Of a stretch of DNA of 64,000 nucleotides, positions 9,265-19,003 are shown piece after piece. The notes under the pieces are model-generated. The model was not told the DNA's origin. It saw nothing but the letters and a program-made list of their open reading frames with translations, and made no database searches. Position 1 is the stretch's first letter. Every line of letters starts with the position of its first letter. This stretch comes from an uncultured Verrucomicrobiales bacterium (GTDB lineage: Bacteria > Verrucomicrobiota > Verrucomicrobiia > JADLBR01), in contig CAZYWZ010000016.1 of assembly GCA_964651705.1 (NCBI GenBank), positions 967 to 64,966 of the forward strand, written 5' to 3'. The position numbers and the translations under genes were made by a program.

Positions 9265-10701
9265 ATGAAGCTCATATATACTCTCCTTGTCTCCCCGCTG
9301 CTCGCCCCGCTGGCCGTGCCGCACGCCGCCGAAACCCAAGGCCGTAAGCCCAACGTCCTGCTCATCATCGCGGACGATCAGGGCTACGGGGATTTTGGCT
9401 TCATGGGCAACCGGCTCGTGAAGACACCGTCTCTTGACCGGCTTGCAGGCGAGTCGGCGGTGTTCAGGAACTTCGTCGTCGCGGCAGCTTGCTCGCCGAC
9501 GCGCTCGGCGATCTGGACCGGTCGCGATCATCTGCTCACCGGCGTGTGGGGCGTGCCGCCGAAGGCAAACTTGCGTGACGATGAAGTGCGCATGCCGGCC
9601 TTTTTCCAGAAGGCCGGCTACCGGACGTTTCATGTGGGTAAACTCGACTGCGTGAAGGCCGGCTCGGGCGGGCCGTCAGACTTCGGCTGGGAGGAGTGGA
9701 CGGGCGGGGGTGGCTATGAGCATCGCGACCCGATGATATTCCAGCCGGGAAACAACCGGCGCGGCCAGGGCTGGACGGTGGACATCTGGACGGAGGAGGC
9801 GCTGAGATTCATCCGCGCGAACCGCGACGCGCCGTGGTTCGCCAGCGTGGCCTACATCATCCCACACATGCCTTGGGTGTGCGACGAGAAATACGCCGCG
9901 CCATTCCTCGCGCAGGGTTGTTCGAAAGACCTCGCGGCGTGCTACGGCTCCATCGCGCACATGGACGCATGCATCGGCCAGCTGCTCGATGCGTTGCGGG
10001 AGACGGGGCAGGAGCGGCGGACGATCGTGGCGTTCCTCAGCGACAACGGCCAGGCGGGGCCGGAGACGAAGAGCGGAACGGCGGACGGCTTCGTGCGGAG
10101 CGTGGATTGGGAGAAGCGCAACGTCGCGCGGTTGCGGGGTCACAAGGCGACGGTCTGGGAGAACGGCATCCGCGTCCCGTTCATGCTGCGCTGGCCGGAA
10201 ACCATCCCGCCCGGCGAGCGGAAGCAGTTCGGCTGCGCGGAGGACGTGCTGCCGACCTTGCTCGATCTGGCGGCGATCCCCGACACGACGCAGAAACATC
10301 TGCCCTTCACCGGCGTGAGCTTGCGCCCAGCGTTGGGTGAAGCCGCAGAAACATTCGAGCGGCCTGCGGCCCTTCGCATGGCCATCGCCGGAGCAGGCGC
10401 GCCGCGCGGTGGCCTCGGCGGGCCGGGAAAGCGGAAGTTCGAAGAACATCATATCACGCTGCGCGGGTCGCGCTTCAAATACCACGCGCTGCCCGGCGGA
10501 AAGGCCGCGCTCTACGACCTCGATGCCGATCCCGGCGAGACCACCGACGTGCGGGCGAAGTTCCCCGACGTGGCGGCGAAGATGGCGCAGGAGTGCCGCA
10601 AACGATGGGATGAGATCCTCGCCAGCGGTCGCGCTTTTGCGCCTCAGCCCGTCGCATCACCTGCTGCGACGAAAAAGGCACGCCCGAGCTCCGAAAACTA
10701 A
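9265..10701 (+). CDS. Secreted Cys-type sulfatase
   Basis: Signal peptide MKLIYTLLVSPLLAPLAVPHAA. Motifs: PNVLLIIADDQGYGD, CSPTRSAIWTGRDH, LSDNGQ, WENGIRVPFMLRWP. Confidence 0.9.
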   Translation: MKLIYTLLVSPLLAPLAVPHAAETQGRKPNVLLIIADDQGYGDFGFMGNRLVKTPSLDRLAGESAVFRNFVVAAACSPTRSAIWTGRDHLLTGVWGVPPKANLRDDEVRMPAFFQKAGYRTFHVGKLDCVKAGSGGPSDFGWEEWTGGGGYEHRDPMIFQPGNNRRGQGWTVDIWTEEALRFIRANRDAPWFASVAYIIPHMPWVCDEKYAAPFLAQGCSKDLAACYGSIAHMDACIGQLLDALRETGQERRTIVAFLSDNGQAGPETKSGTADGFVRSVDWEKRNVARLRGHKATVWENGIRVPFMLRWPETIPPGERKQFGCAEDVLPTLLDLAAIPDTTQKHLPFTGVSLRPALGEAAETFERPAALRMAIAGAGAPRGGLGGPGKRKFEEHHITLRGSRFKYHALPGGKAALYDLDADPGETTDVRAKFPDVAAKMAQECRKRWDEILASGRAFAPQPVASPAATKKARPSSEN

Positions 10702-10717
10702 GGGTCATTACCAAGCC

Positions 10718-12694
10718 GTGAAACTCGCCCCGACAAACCCTGCCCTCGCCCTCCTCACCGTCCTGCTGCCCGCGCCGCTGGCTGGGTTGAAAGCCGCCGA
10801 TTTGCCCCAGTTCATCGTGCCCGGCCATGAGGCGGAAATGAAAGCGTTGAACGATCTCCATGCGTTGCATCACGAGGCGGCGTTCACAACGTGCACGCTA
10901 TGGGATGCCTGGCTGCCGATGGCGACGCTGTGGGCATCCGACAAAAAGCGCACGCAGTATCGCGCGGCGCTCATCAACCGACCGATCGATGCGGAGGGCT
11001 ATGTGTCGATGCAGCAGCATCGCGGCATGGCGCACAGCGAGGGCTGGCCGTTTCCCGCGTGGCAGCAGAGCACGGGTAAGGGCTTTCATTTTTCCACCTT
11101 GCACGAGGTGTGGGCGATCCAGAACTTCGCGCTGAAGCCGCTCGCAAGCACGGGCGGCTGGGAGATCAACGGCGCGGAGGTGATCGGCATCGATCCTGCG
11201 GTGGGGCTGAAATTGAAGGCGACGGCGGACGTCGTGACGCTCGCCACGCCGCCTTTTCGGTGCGGCACCATCGTGGCTCCCTTCGCGCGGCTGGAATGGG
11301 CGGCGCGTGGGTTGAAGGCGGAGTCGCAGGCCGGCATCGAGTGGCTGCTGGACGGCGAGCCGACGTGGCCGGGGGGTCGCGTGGTGGCCCTCCCCGCGCC
11401 GCAGGCCATGCAATACGCGAACGTGCCGCTCTACCGCCATCCGGCGCACGCGGGCCTGCTCACGCGCTATCGCCTGCGGCTCGATCACGCGGCGGGCGCG
11501 GAGATCGATTTGAAATCCATCATCACCGCCATCGACACGCGTCATCCGATCACCAACCCGAACTTCGTGCGCGGCTGCTGCGCGTACTTCGCGTGGACGC
11601 GCGACCTCGACTTCCTGCGGCAGAATATCGGTCGCATGCGAAAGGCGCTGCACTTTGCGCTGCAGGAGTTCCGCGTGCGGGAGGGAAAACACGTCTTCGT
11701 GCCCTGGGTGGGCCACGATGGCCGCAGCGGCCTAGTGGTTGGGCCGGATGGCAAGAAGTCCGCGCGCCCCGGCCTCGGCGTGGGGAACAACTACTGGGAC
11801 CTTCTTCCCTTCGGCGGGCATGACGCAATGGCGACGATGTATCTGTACGATGCCATCCGTGCCTTCTCGGCGCTGGAATGCAGCGTGGCGAAACATCCCG
11901 AGTGGAGCCTCCCCGCCGAGGCGGCTACCCTCGATGCCCGGGCACTCACCCGACTCGCCGACGAGATGCGGCAGGATTTCCAGACTCGCTTCTGGAACCG
12001 TGATACGGGTCGTTTCAACGGCTGGACCGACGTCGAAGGCCGTTCCTACGACTATGGCTTTACCTTTGTGAACCTAGAGGCCGTCTGCTATGGCCTCGCG
12101 AGCGCCGAGCAATCGGAGAGCGTCTTCGCTTGGCTCGACGGCCGCCGCGAGGTGGCGGGCGACACCTCGTGCGGCGCGGACATCTATCGGTGGCGTTTCG
12201 CGCCGCGAGCCACCACGCGCCGCAACGTCGAGACGTACGTCTGGCCTTGGTTCAACCCCGAGAAGATCCCCTGGGGCGACCAGGTTCAGGACGGCGGCGC
12301 AGTGCTGGGTTTCAGCTGCCACGATCTCATGGCGCGGCTGATGACAAACGGCCCCGACGATGCGTGGAGGCGCCTGCGAACGATCCTCGCGTGGTTTCGC
12401 GAGGTGCGGGCGGAGGGCGGCTACCGCGCTTACTACGCCAAGCCCGGCCGGGGCACGCTGCAGGGCGGCGGCACGGCGGGTGGCCTGGGGCTGGATCGGG
12501 AGTTCCTGGAGAGCGTGCTCGTGCCGCAGGTCATGCTCTACGGCTTCCTGGGCTTCACCCCGGGTCCCGACGGCTACACGCTTAACCCCCGACTGCCGAA
12601 GGAGTGGTCCTCGCTCACCGTCACCGGCATCCATTTCCATGGCAAGGTGCTCGACATCACGGCGCACCCCGACGGCCGCACGGAGGTAAAGTGA
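10718..12694 (+). CDS. Secreted hypothetical protein, possible (alpha/alpha)6 six-hairpin glycoside hydrolase
   Basis: GTG 10718 lies 16 nt after the upstream stop and gives VKLAPTNPALALLTVLLPAPLAGLKA. The ORF-track start 10337 lies inside the sulfatase gene. The C-terminal half (GNNYWDLLPFGGHDAMATMYLYDAIRAF..., ...VPQVMLYGFLGFTPGPDGYTLNPRLPKEWSSLTVTGIHFHG) resembles the end of six-hairpin GHs of the GH78/GH63/GH15 type. Family not assigned. Confidence 0.4.
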   Translation: MKLAPTNPALALLTVLLPAPLAGLKAADLPQFIVPGHEAEMKALNDLHALHHEAAFTTCTLWDAWLPMATLWASDKKRTQYRAALINRPIDAEGYVSMQQHRGMAHSEGWPFPAWQQSTGKGFHFSTLHEVWAIQNFALKPLASTGGWEINGAEVIGIDPAVGLKLKATADVVTLATPPFRCGTIVAPFARLEWAARGLKAESQAGIEWLLDGEPTWPGGRVVALPAPQAMQYANVPLYRHPAHAGLLTRYRLRLDHAAGAEIDLKSIITAIDTRHPITNPNFVRGCCAYFAWTRDLDFLRQNIGRMRKALHFALQEFRVREGKHVFVPWVGHDGRSGLVVGPDGKKSARPGLGVGNNYWDLLPFGGHDAMATMYLYDAIRAFSALECSVAKHPEWSLPAEAATLDARALTRLADEMRQDFQTRFWNRDTGRFNGWTDVEGRSYDYGFTFVNLEAVCYGLASAEQSESVFAWLDGRREVAGDTSCGADIYRWRFAPRATTRRNVETYVWPWFNPEKIPWGDQVQDGGAVLGFSCHDLMARLMTNGPDDAWRRLRTILAWFREVRAEGGYRAYYAKPGRGTLQGGGTAGGLGLDREFLESVLVPQVMLYGFLGFTPGPDGYTLNPRLPKEWSSLTVTGIHFHGKVLDITAHPDGRTEVK

Positions 12695-12921
12695 ACAGAA
12701 CTCGGAATACTGGAGAGCCCCCTCGAAGAGAGGGTCTACAGTCAGCCGACGTGGCGGGTGTTGGAGCATCAACGGCGGGGCGTTCGTCGGCCCCGCATGC
12801 GGGCGGTGGTGGCACTGAGGTCAAGAATCGATACGCCTCGGTCAATTGTGGCCATTGCCGCTGGACCCGCGCGCGCCCAGCCTAGGGGAGGGCCATTCGC
12901 CAGTCAGGAGGAAACGCAACG

Positions 12922-14709
12922 ATGAATCCACGGGGAACGCTCACCATCATCGCCGTGGCACTCGCGCTCGGCGCAATGCACCTGGATGCCGCGGGGGAGA
13001 CCGACCCCGAGCGCGACGCCCGCATGGCGTGGTGGCGCGAGGCGCGGTTCGGCATGTTCATCCACTGGGGCGCCTACGCGCAGATGGCCGGCGTGTGGGA
13101 TGGCAAACGCATCGACGCCGGCGTGGGCCACGGCATCGGCGAGTGGATCATGTACAACGCCAAGATCCCCGTGGCCGACTACGCGCGCGAGGCGGCGAAG
13201 TTCAACCCGGCCGAGTTTGACGCCGACGCGTGGGTGCGGCTCGCCAAGGAGGCCGGGCAGCGCTACATCATCATCACCACCAAACACCACGACGGCTTCG
13301 CGCTGTTCCAGTCGAAGGCCAGCCCCTTCAACATCGTGGACCACACGCCGTTCAAGCGCGACGTGATCCAAGAACTGGCCGCCGCCTGCCGGAGGCATGG
13401 CGTCCGGCTCGGGTTCTACTACTCGCAGGCGCAGGACTGGCATCATCCCGGCGGCGCCGCCTACAAGAACACCTTCAATGGCGGCGACCCGGCCGCGGGA
13501 CACTGGGACAAGGCGCAGGAAGGGAGCTTCGACGACTACCTCGACCGCATCGCCATCCCGCAGGCCCGCGAGCTGCTCACGAACTACGGCCCGGTCGCGG
13601 TCTTCTGGTGGGACACGCCCGTCGGCATGAACCGGGCGCGCGCGGAGAAACTCGCCGCGCTGCTGGCGCTCCAGCCCGGCATCATCACCAACAACCGCCT
13701 CAACAATCGGGACGAGGGCATTTTCCTGGGCGACACCGAGACGCCGGAACAGACGATCCCGCCGACCGGATTCAAGGGCCGCGATTTCGAGGTCTGCATG
13801 ACGATGAACGACACCTGGGGATACAAGCTGCACGACCAGAACTGGAAGCCGACGTCCGATCTCATCCGCAAGCTCGTGGATGTCGCCTCCAAGGGCGGCA
13901 ACTTCCTGCTCAACGTCGGGCCGGACGCGCTCGGCCGCATCCCGCGGCCGAGCGTGGAGCGCCTGCGGGCGATGGGGCGATGGACTCGCGCCAACGGGGA
14001 AGCCATCTATGGCACCGCCGCCAGTCCATTCGCGAAACTGCCGTGGGGCCGCTGCACCCAAAAACCCGGCACGCTGTATCTGCACGTGTTCAACTGGCCC
14101 GGGGACGGCCGCCTCGTCGTGCCCGGGCTGAAATCCGCCGTGCGCTCCGCGCGCCTGATCGCCGGCGGCGAACCGCTGCGCGTGGATTCCAAGGGCAACG
14201 ATAAACTGCTCCACCTGCCCGCGTCCGCGCCCGACCCGGTGGCCAGCGTCATCCGCGTGGAGCTCGATGGCCCGCTCGACGTGGACAACCGCCTGCCGTC
14301 GCCCGCCGCCGACGGGGCGATCCATCTCCCGCTCTGGATGGCGGACATCCACAACCCCGGCTACGGCGCCGAGGCCCGGCTCGGCCAGGATGCCGGGGCC
14401 CCGGCCATCGTGGACTGGACCGGCCCGAAAACCTATCTCGCGTGGTCCTTCGAGGCCGCCGCGCCCGGCGCCTACGAGATCGTTTCCACGCTCGCACCCG
14501 CCCAACCGGGCGCGAAACTGAGGCTCCAGATCGGCAAGGAATCCGTCACCGCCACGCTCCAGGGCGATCCGTCGCCCGTCGTCCTCGGCCGCCTGACCAT
14601 CCCCGCCGCGGGCGTTCACGATCTCACCTTGCGCCCGGTCGCCGCCGGATGGCAGCCCGTGATCCTGCGCTCCATCACCCTGCGCCCCGAGCCGCCATCC
14701 CAACCGTGA
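12922..14709 (+). CDS. GH29 alpha-L-fucosidase with a C-terminal beta-sandwich (carbohydrate-binding-like) extension
   Basis: Strong SD (caggaggaaacgcaacgATG) and a signal peptide. GH29 blocks ARFGMFIHWGAYAQ, YIIITTKHHDGFALFQS, LGFYYSQAQDWHHPGG, VAVFWWD, KGGNFLLNVGPDALGRIP, WTRANGEAIYGT. About 170 additional C-terminal residues follow. Confidence 0.85.
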   Translation: MNPRGTLTIIAVALALGAMHLDAAGETDPERDARMAWWREARFGMFIHWGAYAQMAGVWDGKRIDAGVGHGIGEWIMYNAKIPVADYAREAAKFNPAEFDADAWVRLAKEAGQRYIIITTKHHDGFALFQSKASPFNIVDHTPFKRDVIQELAAACRRHGVRLGFYYSQAQDWHHPGGAAYKNTFNGGDPAAGHWDKAQEGSFDDYLDRIAIPQARELLTNYGPVAVFWWDTPVGMNRARAEKLAALLALQPGIITNNRLNNRDEGIFLGDTETPEQTIPPTGFKGRDFEVCMTMNDTWGYKLHDQNWKPTSDLIRKLVDVASKGGNFLLNVGPDALGRIPRPSVERLRAMGRWTRANGEAIYGTAASPFAKLPWGRCTQKPGTLYLHVFNWPGDGRLVVPGLKSAVRSARLIAGGEPLRVDSKGNDKLLHLPASAPDPVASVIRVELDGPLDVDNRLPSPAADGAIHLPLWMADIHNPGYGAEARLGQDAGAPAIVDWTGPKTYLAWSFEAAAPGAYEIVSTLAPAQPGAKLRLQIGKESVTATLQGDPSPVVLGRLTIPAAGVHDLTLRPVAAGWQPVILRSITLRPEPPSQP

Positions 14710-14720
14710 CAAGGGCCGCC

Positions 14721-16166
14721 ATGAAACACTCCCTCACGCTCCTCACCGCCCTGCTGCTCGCGCCGCTGGCCGCGCTACACGCCGCCGATGCGGTTCCCGT
14801 CAAAGAGCCCAACATCCTTTTCATCCTGACCGACGATCAGGGTTACGGCGACGTCGGACGGCATGGGAACCCGATCCTCAAGACACCGAATCTCGACGCC
14901 TTGCACGACCAGAGCGTGCGGTTCACCGACTTCTGCGTCAGCTCATCCTGTTCGCCGACGCGGGCCTCGCTCATGAGCGGGATGTTCAACCTGCGCACGG
15001 GCGTGACGCACACCATCGCGCCGCGGTGCCGCATGAACCCGGGACTGACCATCCTGCCGCAGTATCTCAAGGCCGCCGGTTACACCTCCGCCTGCATCGG
15101 CAAATGGCACCTCAGCGCCGACGCCGCCACCGAACCGGGCCAGCGCGGGTTCGATTACGTCGCCGGGAAACCCGCGCATTATCAGGACGGGAAATATCGC
15201 GAGGACATCCTGTTCGATGAGGCGATGGGCTTCATGGAGCGGAGCGCGGGAAAACCGTTCTTCTGCTATCTCGCGACGTGGTCGCCGCACGCGCCGCTGA
15301 TCGTGCCGGACAAATACGTCGAGCCGTATCGGGGCAGAGTGGGCGATGACGCCGCGAAGTTCTTCGGCATGGTGGCGAACATCGACGAGAACCTGGGCCG
15401 GCTGATGCGCTGGCTGGAAGAGAAAGATCTGGCGCGCAACACGGTCGTCATTTTCATGAACGACAACGGGGGCACCTACGGAGTGGACACGTGGAACGCG
15501 GGGATGCGCGGGTGCAAATGCACCGCCTGGCCCGGCGGCGCTCGGGCGATCTCGTTCTGGCGCTGGCCGGGGGAATGGAAGCCGCGCGACGTGAGCGCGC
15601 TGACGGCGCATGTGGATGTGCTGCCGACGCTGGCGGCCATCGCCGGGGCCAAACTGGCGGATGCGTCGCTCGACGGGCGCAGCCTGTTGCCGCTGCTCGA
15701 GGGCCGGGAGGATCCGTGGTTTGGCGAGCGGATGTTGTTCCAGCACAATGCGCGCTGGCCCAGCGGCATGGCCGCCCGGCACAAGGATTGCATGGCCGGG
15801 GTGCGCTGGAAAGAGTATCTGCTCGTGCGCAGCCGTCCCTGCGACGATCCGGCGTGTGTCCGGAGCGGCGTCAGCCAGTGCGGCGCGCTGCGGAATGTCG
15901 AGCGAGGCTCAGACGTCGCCACCTATACGAAGAACGCCCAGTTCGTCTGGGGCCTCACCCCCGGAGACGGCTGGGCGCTCTACGACGTGCGAAAGGACCC
16001 GGCCTGCGAAGAGAATCTCGCCCCGGCCAACCAGGGGATCGCCGACAAACTCCGCCAGGCCTACGACTGCTGGTGGGACGCCATCTATCCCGAGATGATC
16101 GCCGCCGGCGGCGATGTGCCATTGGCCCAGGCGGCGGTGGAAAGAGTGAGGGGCAAGAAGAAGTAG
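14721..16166 (+). CDS. Secreted Cys-type sulfatase
   Basis: ATG 14721 gives MKHSLTLLTALLLAPLAALHAADA. Motifs: PNILFILTDDQGYGD, CSPTRASLMSGMF, GKWHL, MNDNGG. Confidence 0.9.
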   Translation: MKHSLTLLTALLLAPLAALHAADAVPVKEPNILFILTDDQGYGDVGRHGNPILKTPNLDALHDQSVRFTDFCVSSSCSPTRASLMSGMFNLRTGVTHTIAPRCRMNPGLTILPQYLKAAGYTSACIGKWHLSADAATEPGQRGFDYVAGKPAHYQDGKYREDILFDEAMGFMERSAGKPFFCYLATWSPHAPLIVPDKYVEPYRGRVGDDAAKFFGMVANIDENLGRLMRWLEEKDLARNTVVIFMNDNGGTYGVDTWNAGMRGCKCTAWPGGARAISFWRWPGEWKPRDVSALTAHVDVLPTLAAIAGAKLADASLDGRSLLPLLEGREDPWFGERMLFQHNARWPSGMAARHKDCMAGVRWKEYLLVRSRPCDDPACVRSGVSQCGALRNVERGSDVATYTKNAQFVWGLTPGDGWALYDVRKDPACEENLAPANQGIADKLRQAYDCWWDAIYPEMIAAGGDVPLAQAAVERVRGKKK

Positions 16167-16173
16167 GAACCAT

Positions 16174-17805
16174 ATGAAATTCACCCCCACCCCCAGCTTC
16201 GCCCTGCTCCTCGCGACGCTGGCGGCTCCTCGCGCCGCCGATGCGACAAAGCCCGCCAGCCCGCCCAACATCCTCGTCATCCTCGCCGACGACCTAGGTT
16301 ACGGCGATGTGCGGTGCTACAATCCCGAGCGCGGTAAGATACCCACGCCGCATATCGACAGGCTAGCGGCGCAGGGGATGCGGTTCATGGACGGGCATTC
16401 GTCTTCGGGCGTGTGCTCGCCATCGCGCTACGCGCTGCTGACGGGGCGGTATCATTGGCGCAGTCGATTGCAGGCGGGGATCGTGGGCGTCTTCGGCGAG
16501 CCGTTGATCTCGCCGGAACGCACGACCATCGGGACGCTGGCGAAGCAGCAGGGCTATCGCACCGCGTGCATAGGCAAATGGCACCTCGGCTGGGACTGGC
16601 CGGTCACGAGCGATCAGCGCCCGCTGCTGGCGCCGAGGCGGCAGTCGGGTGATGAAGCCAAGAGGGGCGACAAGAAGGCCGCGGCGCGAGATGCCGCGGC
16701 GACCGACGAGCAGATCGCGGCTTGGCGCGACATCTTTTCCAAGCCGATCGCAGGGGGGCCGACGACGCGCGGCTTCGATCTGTACTTCGGCACCGATGTG
16801 CCGAACTGGCCTCCCTATTGCTTCATCGAAAATGACCGGACGCAGGGGATCCCGACGGAGTTTTTGCCCGCGACACTGCTCGGCAACAACCAGGCGAGCA
16901 CTCAGGGCCCCGCGCTGAGCGGCTGGACCCTCGAGCCCATCCTCCCCGCGCTGGGCGACCGCGCGGTGCGGTTCATCCGGGAATCCGCGGGCCAGAAACA
17001 GCCATTCCTCCTCTACATGCCACTCACGTCACCGCACACGCCACTCGCGGTGAATGCGGCGTGGAAGGGCAAGAGCGGGCTCAACACGTATGCCGACTTT
17101 GTGATGGAGACCGATGCGGTCGTGGGCCGGGTGCTCGATGCGCTGGAGGCTAGCGGGGCCGCGGCCAGGACGCTCGTCGTCTTCACCAGCGACAATGGCT
17201 GTGCCCCCTACATCGGCAAGGCCGACCTCGAGGCGATGGGCCATTACCCCAGCGGTCCGCTCCGCGGGGCCAAGGCGGATGCCTGGGAGGGCGGCCACCG
17301 CGTGCCATTCATCGTGCGCTGGCCCGGGGTGGTGAAGCCCGGCGGGGTGTGCGGACAGCTGGTCAGTCAGGCCGACCTGCTGCGCACGTTCGCGGAAGTG
17401 TGGGGTGCCGCGCTGCCCGACAATGCCGGCGAGGACAGCTTCAGCCTGCTGCCTATGCTCCGGGGCGAGGACAGGCCCGTCCGCGAAAACGCCGTCAGCG
17501 CTTCCAGCCGCGGCACGCCTGCGGTGCGCAGCGGCGCGTGGAAATTCATCCCCGCGCCCGGATCCGGCGGCTGGGGCGAGGGCGGCGACCAATCCCAACC
17601 CGTGCAGCTCTATAACCTGGCCGACGACATCGGCGAAACCAAGAACCTCGCCGCCGCGATGCCGGAGAAGGTCGCCGAGATGCAGGCGCTGCTGGAAAAG
17701 CTGATCATCGATGGCCGCAGCACCGTCGGCGCGAAGCAGGGGAATGATGTCGAGGTCGTGCGCTATCCGCGCGCCGCCGCCGCGAAGAAGGGGAAGCAGA
17801 AATGA
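16174..17805 (+). CDS. Secreted Cys-type sulfatase (paralogue of 44356-45858)
   Basis: Signal peptide, then PNILVILADDLGYGDVRCYNP, CSPSRYALLTGRYHWRS, GKWHLGWDW, FTSDNGCAP, WEGGHRVPFIVRWPG. Same block order as the 44356 gene. Confidence 0.9.
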   Translation: MKFTPTPSFALLLATLAAPRAADATKPASPPNILVILADDLGYGDVRCYNPERGKIPTPHIDRLAAQGMRFMDGHSSSGVCSPSRYALLTGRYHWRSRLQAGIVGVFGEPLISPERTTIGTLAKQQGYRTACIGKWHLGWDWPVTSDQRPLLAPRRQSGDEAKRGDKKAAARDAAATDEQIAAWRDIFSKPIAGGPTTRGFDLYFGTDVPNWPPYCFIENDRTQGIPTEFLPATLLGNNQASTQGPALSGWTLEPILPALGDRAVRFIRESAGQKQPFLLYMPLTSPHTPLAVNAAWKGKSGLNTYADFVMETDAVVGRVLDALEASGAAARTLVVFTSDNGCAPYIGKADLEAMGHYPSGPLRGAKADAWEGGHRVPFIVRWPGVVKPGGVCGQLVSQADLLRTFAEVWGAALPDNAGEDSFSLLPMLRGEDRPVRENAVSASSRGTPAVRSGAWKFIPAPGSGGWGEGGDQSQPVQLYNLADDIGETKNLAAAMPEKVAEMQALLEKLIIDGRSTVGAKQGNDVEVVRYPRAAAAKKGKQK

Positions 17806-18989
17806 ATCCTACCGGCATCGCCATGAAACGGGTCACCACCCGGCGCCGATTTCTCCAAATCTGCGTGGCCGGTTCGGCTGCCGCCGCGCTCGGCTGCGCG
17901 CCAGAGCGCGCGCAGTCGGCCAAGGTGCCGCCGCACCTCAAAGGCCGCGAGGCGGCCCTCCGGCAAGATCCGCGCGGGGCGGCGCTGGCGTGGTTCCGCG
18001 ACGCGAGATTCGGGCTGTTCATCCATTACGGGCTCTATTCCCTCGACGGGGTTCATCCGTTCGAGCAGCACCGGCTCAGGATCCCCGTCGCCGAATACGA
18101 GAAGAAGGCGGCGCGGTTCACCGCGGAGAAGTTCGACGCCGGCGCGCTGTGCGACCTCGCGGTGGAGGCGCAGATGAAATACGTCACTCTGGTCACGAAG
18201 CACTGCGACGGCTTCTGCCTCTGGGACACCAGGCACACGCCGTTCAACAGCGTCCGCTCCGCCGCCGGACGCGATTTCGTCGCGGAGATGGTCGCCGCCT
18301 GCAACGCGCGCGGTCTCGGTTTCTTCGCGTTCTACGAGTACGGTTTCGAGTGGCATCACCCGCACGGCCCGCGGAAGAAAGATTTTCCCACCGCCATCAC
18401 CGAGGTCCCGTACCCGGCGCCCGAGCCGGCTTACGCGCATGGCGCGGACTACGACCTGGACCGCTACCTGGACTATGCCCACGCCCAGATCGGGGAACTG
18501 CTGACCCGGTACGGCCCGATCGCGGGCATCTGGCTGGACGGCGTGGCCGTGCCGCTCAGCGGCGACCGGGACCGGTTTCGTTGCCAGGAGCTGTACGACA
18601 AGATCCACGCGATCCAGCCGCACGCGCTGGTGTCGTTCAAACACGGCGTGACCGGCACCGAGGACTTCTACGCGCCCGAACGTTTCCAGCTCCAGCACAT
18701 CAAACCCGGCGACCCGAAGCCTGCCGAGCTGTGCGAGTCGCTGAATCCGAGCTGGGGTTACGTCAAGGCCGAGGCGCATCACGATGCCGACTGGGTGATG
18801 CAGCGTCTGGCATTCACCCGAGAGAAACAGATGAACTACCTGCTCAACGTCGGCCCGCTCCCCGATGGCTCCGTGCTCCCGGCCGACGCGGCGACCTTGC
18901 GGGAGGTTGGCCGCCGCATCCGCGAGCAAGGCTGGCCCAAGGGCGTCACGGCGCTGCCGGGATTCAAGGGCGAACAGAAGGCATTTTGA
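17802..18989 (+). CDS. GH29 alpha-L-fucosidase with a twin-arginine leader
   Basis: ATG overlaps the upstream stop (ATGA at 17802-17805); an alternative ATG is at 17823. Leader KRVTTRRRFLQICVAGSAAAALG. GH29 blocks ARFGLFIHYGLYSLDG, YVTLVTKHCDGFCLWDT, IAGIWLDG, NYLLNVGPLPDGSV. Confidence 0.85.
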   Translation: MNPTGIAMKRVTTRRRFLQICVAGSAAAALGCAPERAQSAKVPPHLKGREAALRQDPRGAALAWFRDARFGLFIHYGLYSLDGVHPFEQHRLRIPVAEYEKKAARFTAEKFDAGALCDLAVEAQMKYVTLVTKHCDGFCLWDTRHTPFNSVRSAAGRDFVAEMVAACNARGLGFFAFYEYGFEWHHPHGPRKKDFPTAITEVPYPAPEPAYAHGADYDLDRYLDYAHAQIGELLTRYGPIAGIWLDGVAVPLSGDRDRFRCQELYDKIHAIQPHALVSFKHGVTGTEDFYAPERFQLQHIKPGDPKPAELCESLNPSWGYVKAEAHHDADWVMQRLAFTREKQMNYLLNVGPLPDGSVLPADAATLREVGRRIREQGWPKGVTALPGFKGEQKAF

Positions 18990-19003
18990 GAGTCCCCGTG
19001 AAA

